This document shows, piece after piece, positions 1 to 9,464 of a DNA stretch of 64,000 nucleotides (its first letter is position 1; each line of letters begins with the position of its first letter). Position numbers and translations under genes: made by a program. The notes under the pieces are model-generated. The model did not search any database. It was not told where the DNA came from and worked only from the letters and a program-made list of their open reading frames with translations. The DNA lies in IMG/VR virus record IMGVR_UViG_3300037067_007160, positions 32,001 to 96,000 of that record, one strand, 5' to 3'. Source of the stretch: a virus. Taxonomy: Duplodnaviria > Caudoviricetes.

Positions 1-2
1 AC

Positions 3-629
3 TCTGGAACGGATATCCACGCGGTATTCAATGATCTGCCGATATCAACTGTCCAGGGTATCAGTTACTCCATCACCCGTCAGAAGGCCCCCATCTATAC
101 GATGGGGTCTTCTGATCTGAGGGCTATTGCCCGCTCTAAGAGAGGTATTGCCGGATCGCTCATCTTCACGACGACCGACAAGCATGCCTTAAATGAGTTC
201 ATGTCAACCAGTACCTTCGCGGCCAAACCAGGCAGTCTAGAATCAAGTTCAGCTAATCCAGTTGCTGCAGATGATACAGTCAGTACTATTGACTCGGCCA
301 TTGAGGCAAGTACACTTGGTGGCGGAACTGGAGCAGGTGCTAATGCGCTTAATGCGAACATCGTAAATAGGGCTGTTGGTAGCATTATTGCCCGACCTAT
401 GTATGCAGACGAGATCCTACCGTTCGATGTTACTCTTTCATCAGCGAATGAGTATGGCAAAGGTGCAGTAATGCGTATTATTGGCCTTGAAATCCTTAAC
501 GAGGGTTCTGGTCTTTCCGTGGATGATACATCGAACGAAATTCAGATGACGTATCTTGCCAGACTTATCCTACCATGGGTTGAGTTTGTCAATATAATGG
601 ATCCGAACGACTTAGATCCAACCATCTAA
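3..629 (+). CDS. tail-tube-like virion structural protein (5'-truncated by window)
   Basis: Frame is open from position 3 (SGTDIHAVF...QGISYSITRQKAPIYTMG...RGIAGSLIF...PFDVTL); paralogous to the next two ORFs; upstream of chaperones and tape measure. Confidence 0.65.
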   Translation, partial: SGTDIHAVFNDLPISTVQGISYSITRQKAPIYTMGSSDLRAIARSKRGIAGSLIFTTTDKHALNEFMSTSTFAAKPGSLESSSANPVAADDTVSTIDSAIEASTLGGGTGAGANALNANIVNRAVGSIIARPMYADEILPFDVTLSSANEYGKGAVMRIIGLEILNEGSGLSVDDTSNEIQMTYLARLILPWVEFVNIMDPNDLDPTI

Positions 630-645
630 CGGATAAGGGGAGGAT

Positions 646-1293
646 ATGAAGTCCAACCTTACCCCATTCGGTTCGCGCCTTTCCCGATCAGTCTTTGATC
701 GGGAAAGGGATGCGTACTCTGCCACCGATATTGAAGCGATAATCCATGGTATAGATCGTACCACGGGTAATCCAGTTACCGCTAAACTTGGTGACATCCA
801 GACCATTACCTACTCCATCCATAGAGAGTCAAGTCCCGTGCGCACGCTCGGGCGAACTAATCCTGCTGGTTATACTGCTGGTGGAAGAACTACAGCTGGA
901 AGTCTTATATTCGCAACATTCAATAGAAGGGCTCTAGAAGAACTATACACAGGATCTGACTACCAGACAGCCGCTGTCAATGGTACTCTATCCGATGCAA
1001 GAATAAGACAACCAACCGATACTATTTCACCATTCGATATTATTCTCTACTTCACAAGCGAACATGGAAATGACTCTGTCATGTATATATACAGAGTCCA
1101 GATTGTTGACGAAGGTCAAACCTTCTCTATTCAAGATGTATATACTGAACATACAATGCAATATATGGCATCTGGTATATCAATGCTTGAAAAGATTGAT
1201 GATGTCTGGAAGAGAGCGTATATTGGAGAAGGTGCAATATTCAACAATCTCACAGCAATTCATAGGGCAGAAGCAGCAGGCCTCATAATATAA
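646..1293 (+). CDS. tail-tube-like virion structural protein
   Basis: QTITYSIHRE..PVRTLG..AGSLIF..PFDI motif shared with upstream ORF; RBS GGAGG. Confidence 0.65.
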   Translation: MKSNLTPFGSRLSRSVFDRERDAYSATDIEAIIHGIDRTTGNPVTAKLGDIQTITYSIHRESSPVRTLGRTNPAGYTAGGRTTAGSLIFATFNRRALEELYTGSDYQTAAVNGTLSDARIRQPTDTISPFDIILYFTSEHGNDSVMYIYRVQIVDEGQTFSIQDVYTEHTMQYMASGISMLEKIDDVWKRAYIGEGAIFNNLTAIHRAEAAGLII

Positions 1294-1314
1294 GTTCCTA
1301 CCAAAGTCATTTAC

Positions 1315-1347
1315 CGGCCCGTAAGCCCTCCCCTTACGGGCCGTTTT
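1315..1347 (+). terminator. intrinsic terminator
   Basis: CGGCCCGTAAG/CTTACGGGCCG 11-bp stem followed by TTTT. Confidence 0.75.
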
Positions 1348-1369
1348 ATTGTGATATAATCCTATAGAT

Positions 1370-2386
1370 ATGAAGACAAAACAGACAGACACTCTTAGTA
1401 CCGTTCTTGCTGAGGCACTAAAGTCATCAAACCTTTCTCCGTCAACTGTTGGAAAGGTTGATGATCATGGAAACACGCCAGCTTCGTGGGAAGTTCTAGA
1501 TGCTGAGGAACGAGCCAAAGCAATAAAAGAAAAGTCAGATAAGAAGAATGAGGAGAGAAGTAGAAGAGAAGAGATCAAAAAGAAAGAAGCAATGGATGCT
1601 GTCATTAAAGAGAGGCAAAAACAAAGGAACACCAAAGCCTCATATGAGTATCCAAATCCATATTATGCAGGACCTCAGGTTGGTCTCTTCATTGGTGACA
1701 CCTGGGTCTCAGATGTGGTTACAATCTCATATACAGAAACTGTCAATAAGGTTCCCCTCTATGGATATGCAAGTACGCACTTTAATGCTGTTGCAAAGGG
1801 TACAGTATTAGTTCAGGGCCAGTTTGCTATTGCATATACACAACCAAACTATCTTCAAACAATACTGGCTAGATATAGTACTTCAGAAGGACGACTGGCC
1901 ATGTTTCCTACTCAAATATCAGATCCTATAGAGAAGGCCAAGAAGTTATTCTGGAAACTTGAAGATCTCCAGAATACAGTTAATCTAACTCCATTAGAAT
2001 ATGGATATGAGTATGGCGTAACTGGCCAGGTAAGGAATGGTTTTGATATCAGAGTATTCTATGGTGCATCAGAATTCGTAACTAATTCTGTGTTGCGAAG
2101 AGCATCAATATATACTGGCGCCGATATTAAGACAAAGGGTGTCATAGAAGAGATAAAGAATGTACATCTTACGTCGAGAGGCCTATCTGTGACACCATCA
2201 GGAGAACCAATAGCTGAGATATATTCCTTCTTCGCTTCACATGTCCAGACAAGTGGGAAGTTGACACCAGGAACCCGTACCATAGGAGTTTCAGTAGATG
2301 CATCTACTGGACTCGTACCAATAGCAAATGTTAACAGCAATAATAGCGTAAACCAAAGATATATTAATAACCTAAAAGGGAGGTAG
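1370..2386 (+). CDS. virion structural protein with tube-like domain
   Basis: TISY..KVPLYGY..VAKG.VLVQGQF resembles the two upstream tube-like ORFs; preceded by GTGATATAAT. Confidence 0.6.
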   Translation: MKTKQTDTLSTVLAEALKSSNLSPSTVGKVDDHGNTPASWEVLDAEERAKAIKEKSDKKNEERSRREEIKKKEAMDAVIKERQKQRNTKASYEYPNPYYAGPQVGLFIGDTWVSDVVTISYTETVNKVPLYGYASTHFNAVAKGTVLVQGQFAIAYTQPNYLQTILARYSTSEGRLAMFPTQISDPIEKAKKLFWKLEDLQNTVNLTPLEYGYEYGVTGQVRNGFDIRVFYGASEFVTNSVLRRASIYTGADIKTKGVIEEIKNVHLTSRGLSVTPSGEPIAEIYSFFASHVQTSGKLTPGTRTIGVSVDASTGLVPIANVNSNNSVNQRYINNLKGR

Positions 2387-2388
2387 AG

Positions 2389-2730
2389 ATGGAAGGACCA
2401 ACAAAAGAGTGGATTGATGCCGCAAAGGAAAAGTATGGAAGGCTAAGTAGGATCACAATCAATGGTGTAATGTATATCTTTCGCCAGTTGAAGAGGAAGG
2501 AACATCTTGACATTCAAAAAACAGTATTCCCTACTGGTGTTCCAACTGATCAAGCACTGATTAAACCAGAAGAAAATACTCAGATAGAAGATATGATTGT
2601 TAAGTCCTGTGTCCTCTGGCCAGAGAATCTTGACTTCAATAATGAAGGGGCTGGTGTTCCTCAAAGTATCACGCCATCGATCTTGTTCTTCTCAGGTTTT
2701 GTTGGACCACAGGAACCAGAGGAGATATAA
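2389..2730 (+). CDS. tail assembly chaperone
   Basis: Small ORF (KEKYG..YIFRQLKRKE..CVLWP) between tube and tape measure; RBS GGAGG. Confidence 0.6.
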   Translation: MEGPTKEWIDAAKEKYGRLSRITINGVMYIFRQLKRKEHLDIQKTVFPTGVPTDQALIKPEENTQIEDMIVKSCVLWPENLDFNNEGAGVPQSITPSILFFSGFVGPQEPEEI

Positions 2731-2748
2731 GAGTCCCGCCAGATGCGA

Positions 2749-2787
2749 GAGAGGGAACATCACCCAGATGTTCCCTCTTTATTTTTA
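2749..2787 (+). terminator. stem-loop / probable terminator between chaperone genes
   Basis: AGAGGGAACATC/GATGTTCCCTCT 12-bp stem then TTATTTTT. Confidence 0.55.
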
Positions 2788-2797
2788 GGGAGGAATA

Positions 2798-3424
2798 GTG
2801 ATTGAAGAGAGCATGATACGCAAGTGGAAAAAGATGTATGGAAGAGTATTCCGCTGCGTCATACAAGATGATGTATGGTACTACCGTGCATTGAGACTTG
2901 GAGAAGTAAGAACCGTCTCAATGTGTGAGGATCAGGAGCAAAAAGAACTCATGATCCTAAAGTGTGGTATTATACATCCAAAGATAGAGGATCTGGAAGG
3001 AATAACAGCTGGCGCTGCCGATAGATTAGTGTTACTGATATCGGGTGTTACAGGTGCTGATGAAGAATCCATTCTAAAGAGAGTTTCCGACGAGCGAGAT
3101 AAACTTGGAATAAGTGATGACTACTTGAAGTGGAAGGTCCAGATTATCAAGACTCTTAACTACAATCCCGATGAGGTTGATAGGATGACGATGGACGATT
3201 TCGTACGTGCCATTGTTCTTACAGAAGAAGTGCAGGGAAGACCATTAGTTAGTGTTGGAAAGGATGATGGGACCACTGCACAGCCAGTTGAAGAGGAAGA
3301 AGAGGGTGAACTTGAGAATGTAGATACTAGTACCGCAGCAAATATATCAGAGAGACGACTAAGAGCTAGATACGTAGCGGAGAAGCAGAAAAAGAGAAAT
3401 AGAATTGGAAGAAATTCGAGATGA
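2798..3424 (+). CDS. tail assembly chaperone (paralog of upstream ORF)
   Basis: KWKKMYG..WYYRALRLGE resembles the upstream chaperone; GTG start with RBS GGAGG; overlaps tape measure start. Confidence 0.6.
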   Translation: MIEESMIRKWKKMYGRVFRCVIQDDVWYYRALRLGEVRTVSMCEDQEQKELMILKCGIIHPKIEDLEGITAGAADRLVLLISGVTGADEESILKRVSDERDKLGISDDYLKWKVQIIKTLNYNPDEVDRMTMDDFVRAIVLTEEVQGRPLVSVGKDDGTTAQPVEEEEEGELENVDTSTAANISERRLRARYVAEKQKKRNRIGRNSR

Positions 3425-6400
3425 TATAACGGAAGCCCCCTCACAGCCAGGTCCGACAGTCGCCGGACTATTCGGACGTCTGGCTGCATTCACTATTGCC
3501 GCAGGAGCCACAACAACCCTCCTTAGAAAAGGCTCCAGGATGGCGGCCAAGTACATCACATCAAAGATACCAGCAATAACAAAGTTGGGTGGTAAAGAAG
3601 CTACTGGTAGTCTAGAAGGAATGGCCTCCCAATTTATTCAAAAGACATTTCCTTCCATAGGAAATACAACTCTTTCCCGTGACATTCAGAGTGGAAATCG
3701 AGCCTATCTAAAGTGGGCTGCCTCGTGGAATAGGCAGGATAGAATCTTTAAGGAAGTTAAGTACCTTGAAGAAGGGGCTAGACATGCTGTTGATACAATG
3801 GAAGGAATGTCCAAGGCTACAGACTTCCATTTCAATCGTATGCGGATGCAAACTGCTGACTTCTTCGCTCGTCCAGGTCTTGGGCAAAGAGCAACAGGCC
3901 TCGCCTATCAGTTAACAAAGAAGTCTCTTGCTGGTAATGCTGGAGCCTATGTTGCAGATCAGGCGATGAACATCTTTAGTGAACCAGGTGAAAGAACTGG
4001 TCCAGCTTGGTACAATCCTGTCGGTCATGCCATTAACTTCGCAAAGTTCACTGCACAGAACCTACCATATGGTCTTATGTTTAGTGGCGGTCTTGGTTAT
4101 GCAGCCAAGATGGGTGCCGAAGCTGGTATTGGCAGTCTTAAGTTTCTCACTCATGATGTAATTGGAAAGGCAAATACACAGAGGGCCTTGGCACGTACTG
4201 CCGCTGGAGCTGACTGGATCTTCAAAGGTCTAGCTGGTCTCCACACTGCAGCAAGACAATCAATGATACGATCCCAGGCGGTCCTTCCACAAGATGTAAT
4301 GTCACTTCAGTTCTTCAAAAAGGCGATAAATCCAACTACCTGGGTTGATTTTGCACGAGAAGGAATGGCAGGATGGAAGAAGGGACTTGGACTTGCTAAG
4401 AAAGGGGGAAGTACAGACCTCCAGTTTGATGCTGAGATAAAAAATCTCATCACACGTTCTGCTCATATAAATGAACCACAAGGAAGAGAGACATTCCTTC
4501 GTGATTTCTACACAAGGACCCAGAAAAATAGACAAAGTGCATTCGAATACATCTTTGGTCTTGAGAAGAAGGTTAATTTTGAGTCGGAACTCTCAAGATT
4601 AGCCAACCAATCACTATCAAAGCTAAAACTACCAGGTGGAAACCAAGAAAGACAGGCAGCTTCTGATGCTTTCATGCGTGGATGGAGAGATACATCACAT
4701 CTTCTTGGTAGGATGGGTGTGCAAGTACAACCTGGTGTATATAAGGGTGTTGGAAATGGTGTAATTGATATTAGACCTATTCAACCTCGCCGCATTTTGA
4801 ATAAAGTGGCCGATGTAATGAATATGGCCAGCTTTAGGATACCCGGTATTAATTCTCGCATCAATGTATTTGAAATGTTCATGATTCCAAACCTTATTAA
4901 GAAGACAGCATATGAGGAATGGACTGATGGTGCTGTCTTTCTTGGAACAAATAGGACAACTTCACAGAGAATTGGCCGAAGTAGACTCCTTTCTAGTAAT
5001 AATCCAGATGCAGGAGCACTTATTGAGAATGGTTGGTATGCACCGCAAGGTGGTATTGGTGTATTTGCAGGTGGTGGATTCTACCACTATCAAGATGGTA
5101 GTATAAGACGACTACATACACCAAGAGTAACATATAAGACATTCGCAAAGGGTAGTTGGGGACTTATGGCTGATACAATGGCCTGGCTTGGTGGTAGATA
5201 TCCACAACCACTAAAAGAAACGGAGACTGGTAACAGACCATTTGGTAAGAGAGTTATGGAGGCCCTTGACCTTGACATGACGAACAAGGAAGGTGTCTTC
5301 CGTAGAATTGGATCACATGTAAGAAAGTATGTTTGGTCTCCAGGAAATCCACATCCTAACTTCATATATGATAATATTGCTAATTTTGAACGTAGTGGAG
5401 ACCTAGCATCTGGGCAAGGTTTTGTAAGAGGAATAAAACATCTTGTAGATGATGCAGTTGGTGTATTCTCAAGCGTTAGAACGAAGAGATTTACTGATGC
5501 GATCCTTGGTGGTTCGGCTACAAATCCTAATAACCTTGATGATTTTAGGTATGTTGCTGATCGTGCGCGGGAAGCCCTATCAGAAAGTAATCTACATCCA
5601 TATGTAAGAGATCTTGCTTCATCATGGAACATAAGGAAGATAGTAGATAGGGCAGGAATGGTAGATGATTATAATTCCATCCGTAGGATCATGCTTGAAC
5701 CTGCGGCAGGTGGTAGGAAGAACTATGATCAGATGATAGACTTCCTCTCCATAGATGCATTATCCAAGAAGGATAGTGCTGGAGAGGTAATGACGTATAC
5801 AAATGATCTAGTGAATTCTCTTCAGAGGAAGGGTGAAATAGGAGAATTAGGGGCAGCATCCCTTAGAGTTATATCCTATGGACTCTCAAAGCAACAACAG
5901 AGTACCTTCTTTAAGAATTACCTATCACAGAGAGGAGGAACAATACGTGGCGAGAATCTTCAGGAACTAACTAGATTCCTTAAGACAAACTCAGTTGAGA
6001 GAGATATCAAAACAGTAGCGGGAAAGATATACAAGAATCCTCTTAAGAACTTTATAGACTTAGATGATGCCCCATACAAGTCTGGTATGATATCAAATGA
6101 GTCAAAGATACAAAACCTTAAAGAGGCCCCATTTGTTGCCATTCCATGGACCTCTTCTGGTAGGATGTTATCGAAGGAACTCGCTGCCATAGGTCTATCT
6201 GAGGAAAATGGAGATCCAAGGCCAAAGAGAGCACAAGGTGATATTCTTACTGGGAAAAATATACTTTGGGCTACTGTTGTTCGTAGAATGAGTAACGTTC
6301 TTCAACCATTTGATCTTGGTCTAAATCCTGCTAAGTATAATGGTGGTGGAATATGGAATAAGATAGGTGGACCTGGCACACAGATGTTTATAGAGGGTCT

Positions 6401-9400
6401 TGCCCTCAAACGTGCTGGGGCTATAGCTGGCCTTGCAACAGCCTATAGCATAACTGATAGGCTTGTGGATGTTATGCCTGGACTCCAGAACACTCCATTA
6501 GGCGAGGGACTTACAGTATTTGGTGCTGACCAGTTTGTTAAGGCTAGGATGGGAGTCTCCTGGGCAGCTGATGCTCTTGGTATAACTAGTACGGCTAAAT
6601 ATCTTGAAGGTCTCTTTCCTGGAATGATAGATAGTCCTCTCATGCGGGCGGCCAGGGGCGTTATGGCGCCCCTATGGTTGGCTAATGCCATAGGTCATAG
6701 CGGTGGAGCTACCGGAAAGAGACTACAATGGGGTCTTCTTGGTGGTATGGCTATGGGCGCTGTCCAAGGTTTTGGTATGTTCGATATGACCAAGAACACA
6801 GCTGAACTGAAGGAAATTTACTCAGGTAGAGAAGAAATACCTATTAAACGTGGCCGATGGTGGGAACTTGGTAGTTCCAACTATAGCGGTTCTCGTATAC
6901 GTGGATTCTATCCAAACTGGTATGCTAGGTTAAAGTCACAATCTATGTCCACTCCAGAAGGATGGGGCAGTCCATTAGAGCAGATACTCTACAAACCATG
7001 GCCCCTATTTGACTTTAACCCTCTTGGATGGCTTATGGGAGAACCACATCACTATGCGTACCAGCACTACTATAGCCGCCCATATCCAGAGACTGGTTCT
7101 GCCTTCTATGAATTTCCCTTTATAGGACCAGCTCTCTCTTCTACTCTTGGTAGGATTATGGCGCCACCAAAACAGATGCATAAACAGGAACTATATGCAC
7201 AGTTAGATAAATATGGATACTCTACAGCTGGTGGTTTCTCACAGAGGGTTGGTTCAATTCCTGGAACAAGTGAAATGGCTAGGGCAATGCCTGTCTCCAA
7301 CTTTGGAATAAGACAGACACTTGGAAATCAGTTATACAATATTGAGCAGTTTACTGGTCTATGGGGATTTGGCCTTCAGACGGCAACACAGGAACTGATG
7401 GGTGTCGAGCAACCATATGAAGGTGACAATGTTCTAGAAAATGCTGGAGAAATCACTTCCATGCGCAGGCAGTACTATGATAAGGAACTTGGTGGTCTTG
7501 CTGGTATGAGCGAAGCTTGGCGTCGTTTCCTTCCAAAGAGACAGGCACAGGTCAATAGAATTAATCCACTTCAGAATAGGATGCCAAAGTGGTTACCCGT
7601 TCAGTTCAGAGTTGGAGATGCATACGCAAAGACGCCATGGGGAGAACTAGTTCTTCCTGGGCAAGGATATACTAGTGCTCACGATGTTGAGATGACATAT
7701 CCAGCCTCAGCCGACATGCTCGGTCTCCCACTGGAGGAGACTACCAGAAGAATGTTATCTCTTGGACGACCTGAGCCTATTGGTAGGGAAGAACTGGAGA
7801 ATGTTAATGCGAGGATCAAGGCCGCCGCCGAAGTCTATGAACCATATAACGATGTATCTGGAACATATGATGGAATTATAAGGAAGGGGCGCCGGGCCAT
7901 CCTCCAGAAGATTAAGAACTTCAATAGTCAAGAACTAACTGATGTTGTAGGCCCAACTGAAACAGATATCTCAGAAGTAAACTTCTATATGAGGATGGCT
8001 GGCGTATCTGAGGGTATTATTCAGTATAGAATCGATGGTGTTCCTGCACTTGCCTATCCTGTTCGCTATGATGAACAACGTTTTCAAAAGGATATGGATA
8101 TAGTCAATAGAGCTAGAAGAAAGGCTGCTGATCTATATGCAAAGGGTGTTGGTTTTGAAGGAATGGGATATAGTCATCTTGATAGGGCAAGTATACTCGC
8201 TAATGTAGCTCCGTATAGTAATGAATTTAAGCAAGAGTTAGCAATGGCTAAACAATCTGTTAAGATTGGAAAGGGTGATGTAAATAAATTAGAGAAGATA
8301 AAGAAACATGCCAATGCTATGAAGATGGCCCAAGAATTCTATCCAAGAAGATTTCTTGGAAAAGTTATGACACCTGATGCAGCCTTCAACAATATGTCTC
8401 TCAATGAGTATATGAAGGCTGCTGCCGAATACTCGCTACCAGAAAGGGCTCTTGGTGCACTATGGGAAGGTTTTAACTCTCTTAATCATCCATTTGATAA
8501 GTTTCACTCCTATAAGACACCATTAGATGCCTATAAGGCTGATACACTGTATGGTAGACGTATCAAGATGTGGCAAAGTCCTACTGAACACTGGCTCGAC
8601 TCTATGGAGAGAGGGTTCATGTCAAAGGATGATCCAATGAGTGGTTATCTTGCTGGCTTCATTGGTGGTTATGTGTTTGGTGGTGGATCAGCTGGATCAT
8701 TTCTAATGTCTGGTATAGGTGCTGCCTATGGTACTGTCCATGGTCTATATAGAAAAGTTACAGGATCTACATATATCCCCGGAACGGTACAGGAGACAAG
8801 GAATGTGAATAGATACTTTGACCAGATGAACTACCAGAAAGATATGTTACTTTATGAAATGACCGGAAATAATGAGTATCTAGAAGGTGCTAGAAGTACA
8901 ATGACAGGTATTAACCCCAGTGATTTGTCTCGTCAGTCATGGGCCCGTTTCTATAGGGCAACCCCTTATCAAGAGAAACCATATATTATGTCCTTCCTTA
9001 GGGAAACTGATCAGACTGAGCGAAGGAAGATACTCGAAGTTGTTCCTTCTGATGTTGGAGATGTTCTCGCTTCGAAGTGGGCAAAGATGGATGGTCTTAG
9101 TTATGATAGAGAAATGACTAAACGATCAATGGCGAAGATGCCACCTCCTGAATGGGCAGGATGGGCACCAGAGGTTAATCTTGATGACGTTGAACTCAAG
9201 ACTGTAGAACAAATGGGTTTCGAAAAACATGACTTTGGTCTAGGTTGGTATGAGCAAGAGAGGAGGATTAGAAATTCTCCTGGTATTCCTGGTCCCATTA
9301 ACATGAGGGACCCAGGAAATATGGCAACAATAAGCAATACTCCACTCTTCAATCAGTCTGAGGTAAGAAGGTCGATAGAGAGAGCACTAGAAGGTATGGG

Positions 9401-9464
9401 TGTGCAAGCATTTATATCTATAGGGCCATCTTATAGTGATAACCAACTCACTGTGATAGGATAA
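3405..9464 (+). CDS. tail tape measure-like protein (2019 aa) with internal PD-(D/E)XK-like segment
   Basis: Very long Ala/Gly-rich ORF with hydrophobic helices, directly after the chaperones; segment VSGTYDGII..KIK..VNFYM. Confidence 0.7.
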   Translation: MEEIRDDITEAPSQPGPTVAGLFGRLAAFTIAAGATTTLLRKGSRMAAKYITSKIPAITKLGGKEATGSLEGMASQFIQKTFPSIGNTTLSRDIQSGNRAYLKWAASWNRQDRIFKEVKYLEEGARHAVDTMEGMSKATDFHFNRMRMQTADFFARPGLGQRATGLAYQLTKKSLAGNAGAYVADQAMNIFSEPGERTGPAWYNPVGHAINFAKFTAQNLPYGLMFSGGLGYAAKMGAEAGIGSLKFLTHDVIGKANTQRALARTAAGADWIFKGLAGLHTAARQSMIRSQAVLPQDVMSLQFFKKAINPTTWVDFAREGMAGWKKGLGLAKKGGSTDLQFDAEIKNLITRSAHINEPQGRETFLRDFYTRTQKNRQSAFEYIFGLEKKVNFESELSRLANQSLSKLKLPGGNQERQAASDAFMRGWRDTSHLLGRMGVQVQPGVYKGVGNGVIDIRPIQPRRILNKVADVMNMASFRIPGINSRINVFEMFMIPNLIKKTAYEEWTDGAVFLGTNRTTSQRIGRSRLLSSNNPDAGALIENGWYAPQGGIGVFAGGGFYHYQDGSIRRLHTPRVTYKTFAKGSWGLMADTMAWLGGRYPQPLKETETGNRPFGKRVMEALDLDMTNKEGVFRRIGSHVRKYVWSPGNPHPNFIYDNIANFERSGDLASGQGFVRGIKHLVDDAVGVFSSVRTKRFTDAILGGSATNPNNLDDFRYVADRAREALSESNLHPYVRDLASSWNIRKIVDRAGMVDDYNSIRRIMLEPAAGGRKNYDQMIDFLSIDALSKKDSAGEVMTYTNDLVNSLQRKGEIGELGAASLRVISYGLSKQQQSTFFKNYLSQRGGTIRGENLQELTRFLKTNSVERDIKTVAGKIYKNPLKNFIDLDDAPYKSGMISNESKIQNLKEAPFVAIPWTSSGRMLSKELAAIGLSEENGDPRPKRAQGDILTGKNILWATVVRRMSNVLQPFDLGLNPAKYNGGGIWNKIGGPGTQMFIEGLALKRAGAIAGLATAYSITDRLVDVMPGLQNTPLGEGLTVFGADQFVKARMGVSWAADALGITSTAKYLEGLFPGMIDSPLMRAARGVMAPLWLANAIGHSGGATGKRLQWGLLGGMAMGAVQGFGMFDMTKNTAELKEIYSGREEIPIKRGRWWELGSSNYSGSRIRGFYPNWYARLKSQSMSTPEGWGSPLEQILYKPWPLFDFNPLGWLMGEPHHYAYQHYYSRPYPETGSAFYEFPFIGPALSSTLGRIMAPPKQMHKQELYAQLDKYGYSTAGGFSQRVGSIPGTSEMARAMPVSNFGIRQTLGNQLYNIEQFTGLWGFGLQTATQELMGVEQPYEGDNVLENAGEITSMRRQYYDKELGGLAGMSEAWRRFLPKRQAQVNRINPLQNRMPKWLPVQFRVGDAYAKTPWGELVLPGQGYTSAHDVEMTYPASADMLGLPLEETTRRMLSLGRPEPIGREELENVNARIKAAAEVYEPYNDVSGTYDGIIRKGRRAILQKIKNFNSQELTDVVGPTETDISEVNFYMRMAGVSEGIIQYRIDGVPALAYPVRYDEQRFQKDMDIVNRARRKAADLYAKGVGFEGMGYSHLDRASILANVAPYSNEFKQELAMAKQSVKIGKGDVNKLEKIKKHANAMKMAQEFYPRRFLGKVMTPDAAFNNMSLNEYMKAAAEYSLPERALGALWEGFNSLNHPFDKFHSYKTPLDAYKADTLYGRRIKMWQSPTEHWLDSMERGFMSKDDPMSGYLAGFIGGYVFGGGSAGSFLMSGIGAAYGTVHGLYRKVTGSTYIPGTVQETRNVNRYFDQMNYQKDMLLYEMTGNNEYLEGARSTMTGINPSDLSRQSWARFYRATPYQEKPYIMSFLRETDQTERRKILEVVPSDVGDVLASKWAKMDGLSYDREMTKRSMAKMPPPEWAGWAPEVNLDDVELKTVEQMGFEKHDFGLGWYEQERRIRNSPGIPGPINMRDPGNMATISNTPLFNQSEVRRSIERALEGMGVQAFISIGPSYSDNQLTVIG

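Noticed and set aside
2389-3424. Programmed frameshift joining the two tail chaperones (lambda G/GT type)
   Set aside because: The downstream frame has a TAG at 2786-2788, the second gene has its own RBS, and the two ORFs look like separate paralogs
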